Part shown: positions 1 through 7,996 of the stretch, piece by piece
How the letters are laid out: every line of letters starts with the position of its first letter
Position numbering within the stretch: position 1 is the stretch's first letter
NCBI GenBank assembly: GCA_963664395.2
Contig: OY761159.2
Span: 2,144,001 to 2,208,000 of the forward strand
DNA: 64,000 nt
Direction of reading: 5' to 3'
From: Candidatus Binatia bacterium
GTDB taxonomy: Bacteria > Desulfobacterota > Binatia > Bin18
Notes under the pieces: model-generated
Database searches by the model: none
Seen by the model: only the letters and a program-made list of their open reading frames with translations
What the model was told of the DNA's origin: nothing
Program-made: the position numbers and the translations under genes

Positions 1-219
1 GAAGACGAAGAAGCCTGGCATGAGAGTTGGAGCGGGGAGGAGGAGCCGAAGTTGCCCCAGGCCGTGCGGCTGTCGTGGCGCGCCACCCCGTCTGATAGAG
101 GGGGGATGGGGGGGATGCCGAACGAATGGCAGATCGAGGTCTCGATTCAGGTCCGGGAGCCTGTTGCGGAACTGCGTCGCACTCCCCAGAACCGCCGGCG
201 GAACCGGGGTCGGAGATAA
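1..219 (+). CDS. gspJ: 3' end of probable type II secretion protein GspJ (partial)
   Basis: Frame 1 is open from base 1 to TAA 217-219 (EDEEAWHESW...KLPQAVRLSW). It lies directly upstream of gspK and resembles a GspJ C-terminus. Confidence 0.55.
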   Translation, partial: EDEEAWHESWSGEEEPKLPQAVRLSWRATPSDRGGMGGMPNEWQIEVSIQVREPVAELRRTPQNRRRNRGRR

Positions 220-224
220 CGGCC

Positions 225-1235
225 ATGCGGAACGAGCGCGGCGTTGTCCTGCTTGTTGTTGTGTGGGCACTGGTGGTGCTCATGGTTGTGGCGATTGAGC
301 TGGGCCGCACCGCCCGGGTGGAGGGGCTGAGTACGGATGTCTACCAACAGGAGGTCAAAACCTATTATTTGGCCGTCGCCGGACTGAACCGCGTCCTCTA
401 CCAGCTCATCCGAACGAGCCAGCAGGGCCGCACGCGCAATCTCCAGGACGATGATCGGCTGGGCCCGCGCGACCGGCTGAGCGATGATGAGACCGAGCAG
501 GAGGAATGCCCGGACCTCTGGCTGCTGGGCGATGGCCAATGGAGAAACGAACCCTATGGCGAGGGCGGCTATCAGGTCCGCGTCAGTGATGAGACCGGCA
601 AAATCAATATCAACCAGGCGGATGAGCTTATTTTACGTCAAACCTTTACCAATCTGGACTTTGACCCGGACTTTGGGGATGCCCTGGCTGATGCCATCCT
701 CGACTGGCGCGACCCGGATGCGTTAGAGCGGCTGAATGGGGTCGAGAGTGAGTACTACTTAGAGCAGGACATTTCCTACCCGGCCAAGGACGGGCCGCTC
801 GACACGATTGATGAGCTCCTGCTGATTCGTGACGTCAGCCAGGACCTGTTCTACAACACCCTCAATAGAGTGTTCACGGTATATGGCAATGCACGCAGCG
901 GCAATATGGCCAATACACAAACGGCGAACGCCTTAGTGCTCCGGGCCATACAGGGGGTTGATGCGGAAACCGCGGAGGAAACGATCCGGCAAAGGCGCGA
1001 AAACTGCGGGGAAGAGTTCTTGGACGCGACCGCGGCACGCGGGGGTCTGCCCACGATTGTCACCATAGAGAGCGTCGGCTATCTGCATACCGGCCGTATC
1101 ACCCGCCGGCTGGCCGGCGTGATTGATCGCACGGGGAGCCAGTATCGGATGCTGCGCTGGCAGGACCGTCTGCCCGCACAAGCCCTCCCGCTCAGAAAAG
1201 ACGCTTTTGAAGACGAGGAAGAGGGGTGGTTCTGA
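225..1235 (+). CDS. gspK: Type II secretion system minor pseudopilin GspK
   Basis: Prepilin-like N-terminus MRNERG|VVLLVVVWAL (ATG 225), plus DETGKININ, LADAILDWRDPD and ELLLIR motifs. Confidence 0.9.
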   Translation: MRNERGVVLLVVVWALVVLMVVAIELGRTARVEGLSTDVYQQEVKTYYLAVAGLNRVLYQLIRTSQQGRTRNLQDDDRLGPRDRLSDDETEQEECPDLWLLGDGQWRNEPYGEGGYQVRVSDETGKININQADELILRQTFTNLDFDPDFGDALADAILDWRDPDALERLNGVESEYYLEQDISYPAKDGPLDTIDELLLIRDVSQDLFYNTLNRVFTVYGNARSGNMANTQTANALVLRAIQGVDAETAEETIRQRRENCGEEFLDATAARGGLPTIVTIESVGYLHTGRITRRLAGVIDRTGSQYRMLRWQDRLPAQALPLRKDAFEDEEEGWF

Positions 1236-1317
1236 GCCGGCCCTTCCTATTCCGGCCATACCACGTCAGCCCGCACGGGACTTGCCTGTCGAGCCGGTCT
1301 CAGCCACAACAGGCGTC

Positions 1318-4300
1318 ATGCCGACCCCGAACACAAAACTCACAACAGCAGTCGAAACCTATCTGACTGACCTCCGCCGCATACGGGCCTCGGGCGGCGC
1401 AACCGGCGAGCGGTCATACTATCCGGCACTGTCCGCCCTGCTCGACGCCGTGGGTGCCACGCTGAAACCCAAGGTGTTCTGCGTGGCCGAACTCGCGGCT
1501 CAAGGGGCGGGTCATCCCGACTTCGGGCTCTACACGGCCAAGCAAGTGCAGAGGGGCCAGCCGAAGGAAGGCCAGGTGCCAGAACGCGGCGTCGTTGAAG
1601 TCAAGTCTACCAGCGACGACGCTTGGCTGACTGCGAACAGCGCCCAAGTCAGCCGCTATTGGGAGCGTTACCGGCTGGTGCTGGTCACCAACACACGCGA
1701 TTTCGTTCTGGTGGGTGAAGACACCGCCGGCCAGCCGGCTACGCTCGAAACCTTCCGGCTTGCGGAAAGCACGGAAGACTTCGCCCGGCGCTTGGAAACG
1801 CCGCGGGCGTTGGCCCGTACAGTCGGTGCCGGGCTCGGGGAATATCTCTGCCGCGCCCTGTCACACCGGGCCGCCCTGACCGAGCCGAAAGACCTGGCCT
1901 GGCTGCTGGCGTCCTACGCCCGCGACGGCCTCTCTCGGGTCGAGGCAGCAGGAGACGACGCCCCGTCGCTAGCCGCCGTGCGCGCGGCGTTGGAAGAGGC
2001 ACTCGGGGTACGCTTCGAGGGCGACAAGGGAACGCGATTCTTCCATTCAACCCTAGTCCAGACCTTATTCTACGGGGTATTCTCCGCCTGGGTATTGTGG
2101 GCACGGCAGGCACCCTCCCCAAGGGGGACGTTCAACTGGCATGAAGCCGTGTGGCATCTCCGCGCCCCCGTGCTGGCCGCTTTATTCTCGCAGCTTGCGC
2201 AACCCGGCCGGCTGCAACCGCTCGGCCTGGTCGAAGTCCTGGACTGGACTTCCTCTGCCCTCAACCGCGTAGACCGTACGGCCTTCTTCGCCCGCTTCAA
2301 CGAAGGCGACGCCGTGCCCTATTTCTACGAACCCTTCCTCGAAGCCTTTGACCCCGAACTCCGGAAACAACTCGGCGTGTGGTACACGCCCACCGAAGTA
2401 GTCCGCTACATGGTCGCCCGCGTGGATAAGGCGCTGAAAGATGACCTAGATATCCCGGACGGGCTCGCTGCGGACAATGTCTACGTCCTGGACCCGTGTT
2501 GCGGGACCGGGGCGTATCTGGCCGAAGTGTTGCGCCGCATTGCCGTAAATCTCACTGGCAAAGGCATGGGCGCACTCGCCGGTGCGCGGGTCAAACAGGC
2601 GGCTATGAATCGGGTGTTCGGCTTCGAGATCATGCCCGCCCCGTTTGTCGTGGCGCATCTGCAAGTCGGCCTGACCATGCAGGACTTGGACGCGCCCTTG
2701 GCGGACGATGGCAATGAACGCGCCGGCGTCTTCCTCACCAATGCCCTGACCGGCTGGGAACCCCATACCACCAAGCCGCTCCCCTTCCCCGAGTTGGAAG
2801 AAGAACGGGACCGAGCCGAGCGGGTCAAGCAGAACACCCCGATTCTGGTGATTCTGGGCAACCCGCCCTACAACGGCTATGCCGGTATGGCCGTAGACGA
2901 AGAGCGGGTACTGTCGGACGCCTACCGGGTGACCAAGCGGGTACGGAAACCCGAAGGCCAAGGGTTGAACGATCTGTATGTGCGCTTCTTTCGCATGGCG
3001 GAACGACGGATTGCCGAGAAGACGGGCCAAGGCGTGGTGTGTTTCATCTCCAACTATTCATGGCTGGATGGGTTGTCGTTCACCGGGATGCGGGAGCGCT
3101 ATCTGGAAGCGTTTGACGCCATTCGGATTGATTGTCTCAATGGCGACAAATACAAGACCGGCAAGACCACCCCGGACGGAACACCCGACCCGAGCATCTT
3201 TTCCACGCCAAGTGACCCGGTGGGGATTCAGGTGGGGACGGCCATTACGACCTTGGTCCGTAAGGCCGATCATGCATCGGCTGAAACCATTGGCTTCCGG
3301 CATCTGTGGGGGCAGGCGAAGCGAGAAGACCTGTTGGAGACGGCGGAGACGGAACCGGCGACGCTCTATGACGGCATTGAACCGGTGTTGCCGCTCGGTC
3401 TGCCGTTCGTGCAAACAGCAGTGAGTGAGGGCTGGTTCGACTGGCCGGCGCTGCCTAATCTGTTCCCAAAGTCATTTCCAGGGGTGACCACCAACCGAGA
3501 CGCCTTCCTCGTTGATATTGACCTCGACCGGCTCAAAGCGCGTATAAACGATTACTTCGACTCGGACCTGAGCCATGAGGAGATTGTACGGCGTTACCCG
3601 GTCGCCATGAAGGAAACATCGTCCATACAGTCTAATGCTCGACAGGTCCGCAACATACGTCTCACACGCGGCGGCCCGGACGAGTCCGGCTTCGTGCGCC
3701 ATGCCTATCGACCCTTCGATACGCGATGGCTCTACTGGGAAGAAGATTCCGGGTTGCTGTCTCGCCCATGTCCCGATTCCAAGCCGCATGTGTTCGAGGG
3801 AAATTTGTGGCTGGTCTCGCAGCAGAAACCGCGGCGGGCATGGTCGCCACCGCAAGTGATTTCACACATCGGCTGTTATGATCTCATGGACCGGAACTGT
3901 TCTTGTTTCCCCGTTTGGCTCAGAAGCGATGGTGTCGGAGATAACAAGGACCGTCGTCCGAACCTCTCGGGTACGGCGCAACGCTACCTTAGACGCCTTG
4001 GTCAGGACGTGGAAGACCTGTTTCACCACGTCCTGGCCGTGTTGCACGATCCTGCCTACCGCGAGGCCAACGCAGGAGCACTCCGCATGGAATGGCCCCG
4101 CATCCCGCTGCCCGGTTGGCCCGATGGAGACGCCTCCGAGGCGGATGAAACCCTTGCCCGCTCCGCTGCACGGGGCCGCGAACTGGCCGCCCTGCTTGAT
4201 CCCGAAACCCCCGTGCCCGGCGTGACGACCGGAACCCTGCGCCCGGAGGTCGCTGCCATTGCCGTCCCCGCCACGGTGAACGGACGCAACATGGACGGAG

Positions 4301-4683
4301 ACGACTTCGCACTGACCGCTGGGTGGGGCCATTACGGCACGGGCGACGCGGTGATGCCCGGCCAAGGGCGCGTTGTTGAACGCGATTACACGGCGGACGA
4401 ACACGCCGCTCTGGGCGATACTATTGGGGTACTCGGTCAGACCACGTTCGACATCTATCTGAACGGCAACGCCTACTGGCGCAACGTCCCGGCTGCCGTC
4501 TGGCGCTACAAGCTGGGCGGCTATCAGGTGCTCAAGAAATGGTTGTCGTACCGCGAACGGGCGGTGCTGGGGCGGGCGCCGTTGCCGGAGGAGGTGGGGT
4601 ATTTTGCGGAGGTGGCACGGCGCATTGGGGCGATATTGGTGGCGACCGATACGCTAGCGGTGTCGGATGACGCCTTAGGCTAA
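1318..4683 (+). CDS. Single-polypeptide restriction-modification enzyme, type ISP/IIG-like (N6-adenine methyltransferase with N-terminal nuclease-like region and C-terminal specificity region)
   Basis: GHPDF...VVEVK nuclease-like motif, LGVWYTP, motif I VLDPCCGTG and motif IV GNPPY. The C-terminus has YRPFD and YKLGGYQVLKKWL. ATG 1318 is preferred to the ORF-track start, which overlaps gspK. Confidence 0.85.
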   Translation: MPTPNTKLTTAVETYLTDLRRIRASGGATGERSYYPALSALLDAVGATLKPKVFCVAELAAQGAGHPDFGLYTAKQVQRGQPKEGQVPERGVVEVKSTSDDAWLTANSAQVSRYWERYRLVLVTNTRDFVLVGEDTAGQPATLETFRLAESTEDFARRLETPRALARTVGAGLGEYLCRALSHRAALTEPKDLAWLLASYARDGLSRVEAAGDDAPSLAAVRAALEEALGVRFEGDKGTRFFHSTLVQTLFYGVFSAWVLWARQAPSPRGTFNWHEAVWHLRAPVLAALFSQLAQPGRLQPLGLVEVLDWTSSALNRVDRTAFFARFNEGDAVPYFYEPFLEAFDPELRKQLGVWYTPTEVVRYMVARVDKALKDDLDIPDGLAADNVYVLDPCCGTGAYLAEVLRRIAVNLTGKGMGALAGARVKQAAMNRVFGFEIMPAPFVVAHLQVGLTMQDLDAPLADDGNERAGVFLTNALTGWEPHTTKPLPFPELEEERDRAERVKQNTPILVILGNPPYNGYAGMAVDEERVLSDAYRVTKRVRKPEGQGLNDLYVRFFRMAERRIAEKTGQGVVCFISNYSWLDGLSFTGMRERYLEAFDAIRIDCLNGDKYKTGKTTPDGTPDPSIFSTPSDPVGIQVGTAITTLVRKADHASAETIGFRHLWGQAKREDLLETAETEPATLYDGIEPVLPLGLPFVQTAVSEGWFDWPALPNLFPKSFPGVTTNRDAFLVDIDLDRLKARINDYFDSDLSHEEIVRRYPVAMKETSSIQSNARQVRNIRLTRGGPDESGFVRHAYRPFDTRWLYWEEDSGLLSRPCPDSKPHVFEGNLWLVSQQKPRRAWSPPQVISHIGCYDLMDRNCSCFPVWLRSDGVGDNKDRRPNLSGTAQRYLRRLGQDVEDLFHHVLAVLHDPAYREANAGALRMEWPRIPLPGWPDGDASEADETLARSAARGRELAALLDPETPVPGVTTGTLRPEVAAIAVPATVNGRNMDGDDFALTAGWGHYGTGDAVMPGQGRVVERDYTADEHAALGDTIGVLGQTTFDIYLNGNAYWRNVPAAVWRYKLGGYQVLKKWLSYRERAVLGRAPLPEEVGYFAEVARRIGAILVATDTLAVSDDALG

Positions 4684-4699
4684 TCCGACCGACGGGACT
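4661..4699 (-). repeat. GTAG-family REP-like palindrome
   Basis: TGTCGGATGACGCC..GGCTAATCCGACCGACGGGACT is the reverse of the consensus AGTCCCGTAGGTCGGATTAGC..GCGTAATCCGACA. Confidence 0.75.
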
Positions 4700-4719
4700 C
4701 ACTATATCCTCCCGAATTA

Positions 4720-5307
4720 TCAACCAGATTTTGGCATAAAAACGTTTTCGTAGTATTTCTTCAGCCTTTCGGGCATTGTTGCTGGCGAAACTTGGTCTGT
4801 TCTCTGCTTTTCTTCTCTCTTGACGTCTTCTCCATACTTTTCTTGGTGTGTCTGGATGATGGCCCCGAGTGTGTCCGTTAGCAAGCCAGGGATCATTGGT
4901 AAGTCTTTTTCTGATTCCCTATAGCGTAACTCCTCAAAGCTGTCTTGATGTTCGTCTATGACCCCTTCCACCCGGATGCCCATTACTTTTCCATTCCCCG
5001 GGATGCCTATTGCCTCGCCCTTTTCACGGATGCGCTGTTGTGTTTCGGGAGCCAGCATGTCGTAGAGCTTCCGTAAATTATGAATGTTCTTTGGGGGTTT
5101 CCCCTCTCTCCGAATCAGCGCCTTGAGTGCGTTCTCGATTCCAAATGCCGCTAAGATGCTCTCTGCTAAGAATGGACCCCCTATTCGGACTCGTTCTTCT
5201 TTCGTTCCATTTATCGCTTTGTCAAATATCTTCTTGAGCGCCCCAGAAGACTGGTACATTGCTATAGCTGTCCCGATATTCTTGGCCGCTCTTTCTTTTT
5301 CGTCCAC
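4720..5307 (-). CDS. HEPN-domain protein
   Basis: LAAFGIENALKALI...KNIHNLRKLY...FEELRY pattern typical of HEPN proteins. Confidence 0.65.
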   Translation of the reverse strand: MDEKERAAKNIGTAIAMYQSSGALKKIFDKAINGTKEERVRIGGPFLAESILAAFGIENALKALIRREGKPPKNIHNLRKLYDMLAPETQQRIREKGEAIGIPGNGKVMGIRVEGVIDEHQDSFEELRYRESEKDLPMIPGLLTDTLGAIIQTHQEKYGEDVKREEKQRTDQVSPATMPERLKKYYENVFMPKSG

Positions 5308-5394
5308 GTCTTTTCCTCCTGCCCTTCCATTATCATTCCGGTATCATTGCCGTTCTATATTTAGGCGAGCCAGGGAGGCAGATCAAACAGTCCC

Positions 5395-5425
5395 GTAGGT
5401 CGGCTTAGTGAAGCGTAAGCCGACA
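5395..5425 (+). repeat. GTAG-family REP-like palindrome
   Basis: GTAGGTCGGCTTAGTGAAGCGTAAGCCGACA. Confidence 0.8.
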
Positions 5426-5695
5426 GCCCGATACCATTGCCGATATGAACAACCGAGCTGGATCAATGACCGAGCAGACCAATGAATGCCTCCCGGTCAC
5501 AATCCCGATGTCTTTCTGAATCTTGGACAGCAGGCCAACGCCGATCGTTTCATCACCATGAATGGGCACAACCGTGCTGCGTCCATCCGGGTGCTTCATC
5601 ATCGCATGACTCCCGCGTTGCCTCACGGCAGCAAAACCGGCCTTCCGCAGAGAGCGGACCACATGGGCACCCGTCACGCGCGGGAGTCTGGTCAT
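5405..5695 (-). CDS. hicA: HicA-family toxin, C-terminus probably frameshifted
   Basis: LRKAGF..VRQRGSH..MKHPDGRSTVVPIH. Removing 2 nt near 5498 restores a normal-length end (GIDREAFIGLLGH*). Confidence 0.85.
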   Translation of the reverse strand: MTRLPRVTGAHVVRSLRKAGFAAVRQRGSHAMMKHPDGRSTVVPIHGDETIGVGLLSKIQKDIGIVTGRHSLVCSVIDPARLFISAMVSGCRLTLH

Positions 5696-5904
5696 ACAGA
5701 GATTCTTTGTACACCGACCAGTTCCAGCGGCCTCGGCGCGTCTTCGCCCTCGACCTCAAGCCAGAGGGCGATTGCCTCTTGCATCCGTTCGAGCAATTGG
5801 TCAATGGACGAGCCCTGAGTATGGCAGCCTGGAAGAGCGGGAACACTCCCCACGTAAGAGCCGTCTTCATCTCTCTCGATAACGATGGTGTATTCAGCGC
5901 TCAT
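5692..5904 (-). CDS. hicB: HicB-family antitoxin (short form)
   Basis: YTIVIERDEDGSYVGSVPALPGCHTQG...EAIALWLE; overlaps the hicA start. Confidence 0.9.
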   Translation of the reverse strand: MSAEYTIVIERDEDGSYVGSVPALPGCHTQGSSIDQLLERMQEAIALWLEVEGEDAPRPLELVGVQRISV

Positions 5905-6024
5905 TTGGTGCTCCCCTAGGTTGATCTGGGCGGTCGTAGGCCCTGACGATTCTGTTGGACTGGCTCAGTATGGTCCAGTCCAATCGCCATCTCAAGCGGG
6001 CCGGCTGGTTCAGGGGATGGGCTA

Positions 6025-6136
6025 GGCGGCGATCAACAGAGAGAAGCAAATCAAGAAGTGGCAGCAGGCCTGGAAGCTGGCCCTGATCGAAAAACAGAAC
6101 CCGACGTGGCGGGATTTGTCTGACGCACTCGTCTGA
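6025..6136 (+). pseudogene. 3' remnant of a GIY-YIG nuclease gene, paralog of 6461-6754
   Basis: AINREKQIKKWQQAWKLALIEKQNPTWRDLSDALV*, followed by the same palindrome as the intact copy. Confidence 0.85.
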
Positions 6137-6163
6137 CTGGATTCCTGCTTTCGCAGGAATGAC
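6137..6163 (-). repeat. GTCATTCC-type (CGTC/dRS3-like) palindrome
   Basis: CTGGATTCCTGCTTTCGCAGGAATGAC. Confidence 0.85.
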
Positions 6164-6173
6164 GGGAAGTGCC

Positions 6174-6377
6174 TTAACCGGCGAATGACTTGAGCAACAG
6201 TGAAACGACGCCTGCAACAATCGCGCTGCTCATCCACTTCACGACCGACAATTCCCGTTCAATGGGCGTAAAGTCGGCCTTGGTCGCCAGACTTTCTTCT
6301 GACATGGCCTGAGCGGCCGCCCGCGCCTTTTCTTCGGGTGCTCCCGCCGCTATAGGACCGTTCCTTATCATGGGCAA
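6174..6377 (-). pseudogene. Small coiled-coil/TM protein (DUF1640-like), probably 5'-truncated
   Basis: AAGAPEEKARAAA...LATKADF...LSVVKWM followed by a TM tail. The N-terminus lacks family character and lies next to a REP. Confidence 0.5.
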
Positions 6378-6388
6378 GCAGCCGGGCC

Positions 6389-6426
6389 GTCGGATTACGC
6401 CTCCGGCTGATCGACCGACGGGACTG
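6389..6426 (-). repeat. Degenerate GTAG-family REP
   Basis: GTCGGATTACGCC..GGCTGATCGACCGACGGGACTG. Confidence 0.6.
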
Positions 6427-6781
6427 TCATTCCTGCGAAAGCAGGAATCCAGAAGTTCCCATGACCGAAAAACAGCCGACCGTGTATATCCTGGCCAGCC
6501 ACCGCAATGGAACGATCTATACGGGCGTCACGGGTAATCTGGTGGCACGAATGTGGCAGCACAAAAACGACCTGGTTGAGGGGTTTACCAAAAAGTACGG
6601 CGTCCACACCTTAGTGTATTATGAAGTGCATGAAGATATGCGGTCGGCTATCAATAGAGAAAAGCACATCAAGAAGTGGAAGCGGGCCTGGAAACTGGCT
6701 CTGATCGAAAAACAGAATCCGACGTGGCGTGACTTGTATGACGCTCTCGTCTGACTGGATTCCTGCTTCCGCAGGAATGAC
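6426..6781 (+). mobile_element. Putative element: GIY-YIG gene bracketed by inverted 27-bp palindromic repeats
   Basis: GTCATTCCTGCGAAAGCAGGAATCCAG (6426-6452) and CTGGATTCCTGCTTCCGCAGGAATGAC (6755-6781) flank the ORF almost exactly. Confidence 0.6.
6461..6754 (+). CDS. Small GIY-YIG nuclease family protein
   Basis: VYILAS..NGTIYTGVT..L.ARMWQH...GFTKKY..LVYYE...AINREK.IKKWKRAWK. Confidence 0.92.
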   Translation: MTEKQPTVYILASHRNGTIYTGVTGNLVARMWQHKNDLVEGFTKKYGVHTLVYYEVHEDMRSAINREKHIKKWKRAWKLALIEKQNPTWRDLYDALV

Positions 6782-6831
6782 GAACTTTCGCAGGGACGGA
6801 CTTTTGCAGGAATGACGGAAAGCGGAGAGAG

Positions 6832-6984
6832 ATGCAACAGGAATTCATGGGCAGGGCCATAGAGCTCTCGTGAGTCCATATGCGGGCAGGGGGAGACCGG
6901 CCATGCGGGGCGGTCATCGTCAAGGCCGGAGACATTATTTCAGAGGGATATGTGGCATTTCGGAAACGCCATCTTGCGGGTTGA
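6832..6984 (+). pseudogene. N-terminal remnant of a nucleoside/guanine deaminase-family gene
   Basis: MQQEFMGRAIELS*VHMRAGGDRPCGAVIVKAGDIISEG, with an in-frame TGA and no HAE/PCxxC region. Confidence 0.6.
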
Positions 6985-7160
6985 CGGACTGACTATTTTG
7001 GAGTGAAATCGAACTCCCATTGGGCCACACGCTTGTGACTCGATCAGCCCGAAGGCCAGTGCCGATAAGACGCAGGCCGATGTGGTCGTATTCGCGATGA
7101 TGCTTTTCCAATTCAGCGGACACCTCGAAACACCACGTTAAATTTTGTCGGGTCAGCGAC

Positions 7161-7683
7161 ATGCCAATCAGATCAATCAAACTGTTGTTTGCGGTAATCG
7201 TCGGCTGTCTCCTCTCTTCTTGCTCCCTGACACCAAATCAAAATCCCCCGATTCTCGAAGCAGTGACGGAGTTACCCGACGAGTTTGCCGAAGGTGAAGT
7301 TGCCGGCTCATACGAGCCGCTGGAGTGGTGGAAGGCGTTCGCCGACCCGGTTCTCGACCAGGTAATCGAAGCGGTGCTGGCCTCGAACTTCGACCTGGCC
7401 GAGGCGGTCGCCCGGGTCGACTAGGCCAGGGCGCGGGAGCGTATCGTCAAAGCCCCGGCGTTTCCGCTGCTTCAGCCTTCGCTTGGTATCACCGACACGG
7501 ATACCCCCACCAATGCGGGTATCGCCGCCCACCTGGACGAATTGGGGGTGGGTTCCGACGTATACCGCGATTTTGGCATCAAGCTCCCCGACCGGATCGG
7601 CCTGACGACCTACAGCCTGGGTCTTGACATCTCCTACGAACTTGACCTCTGGGGGCGCAATCGCAACGACGCGCGCGCCGCCG
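7161..7683 (+). pseudogene. Truncated outer-membrane efflux lipoprotein (OprM/NodT family)
   Basis: Lipobox, WWKAFADPVLDQVIEAVLASNFDL, in-frame TAG at 7422, then SYELDLWGR; the homology stops near 7683. Confidence 0.8.
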
Positions 7684-7880
7684 ACCTCTGGCCCCAGGTA
7701 CGAGCCCAGGTGCGGACATACCGCGTCGGCCACGCAGACACGGCCTGCTTCGTCGCACCAAGCGACGATTTCCTCGCCCAGCCACGTCTTCTCGATCAGT
7801 TTCTCTCGCAGAATGGACGCGCGGCTTATGACGAAATACCACCCCTCGGGGAACGCTGGCAACTCATCCATGCTATTCAT
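7678..7880 (-). pseudogene. 5' remnant of a Rieske [2Fe-2S] oxygenase gene
   Basis: FPEGWYFV...WLGEEIVAW..DAVCPHLG; the second CxxH half of the Rieske motif is missing. Confidence 0.75.
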
Positions 7881-7907
7881 GGACAGTCTTTTGGTGCTCC
7901 TCGTCTG

Positions 7908-7938
7908 GTAGGTCGGATGAGCGTAGCGTAATCCGACA
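7908..7938 (+). repeat. GTAG-family REP-like palindrome
   Basis: GTAGGTCGGATGAGCGTAGCGTAATCCGACA. Confidence 0.8.
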
Positions 7939-7996
7939 GCCCCTATGCGTGTCCAACCTCCCCGTCTGAAGTCAAAGCAGGTCCGGCGGGCAATGT

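Noticed and set aside
1123-1317. Long N-terminal extensions given by the ORF track for the RM gene (also porin, ureD, nth, MaoC)
   Set aside because: They overlap neighbouring genes or lack family character, and downstream starts fit better.
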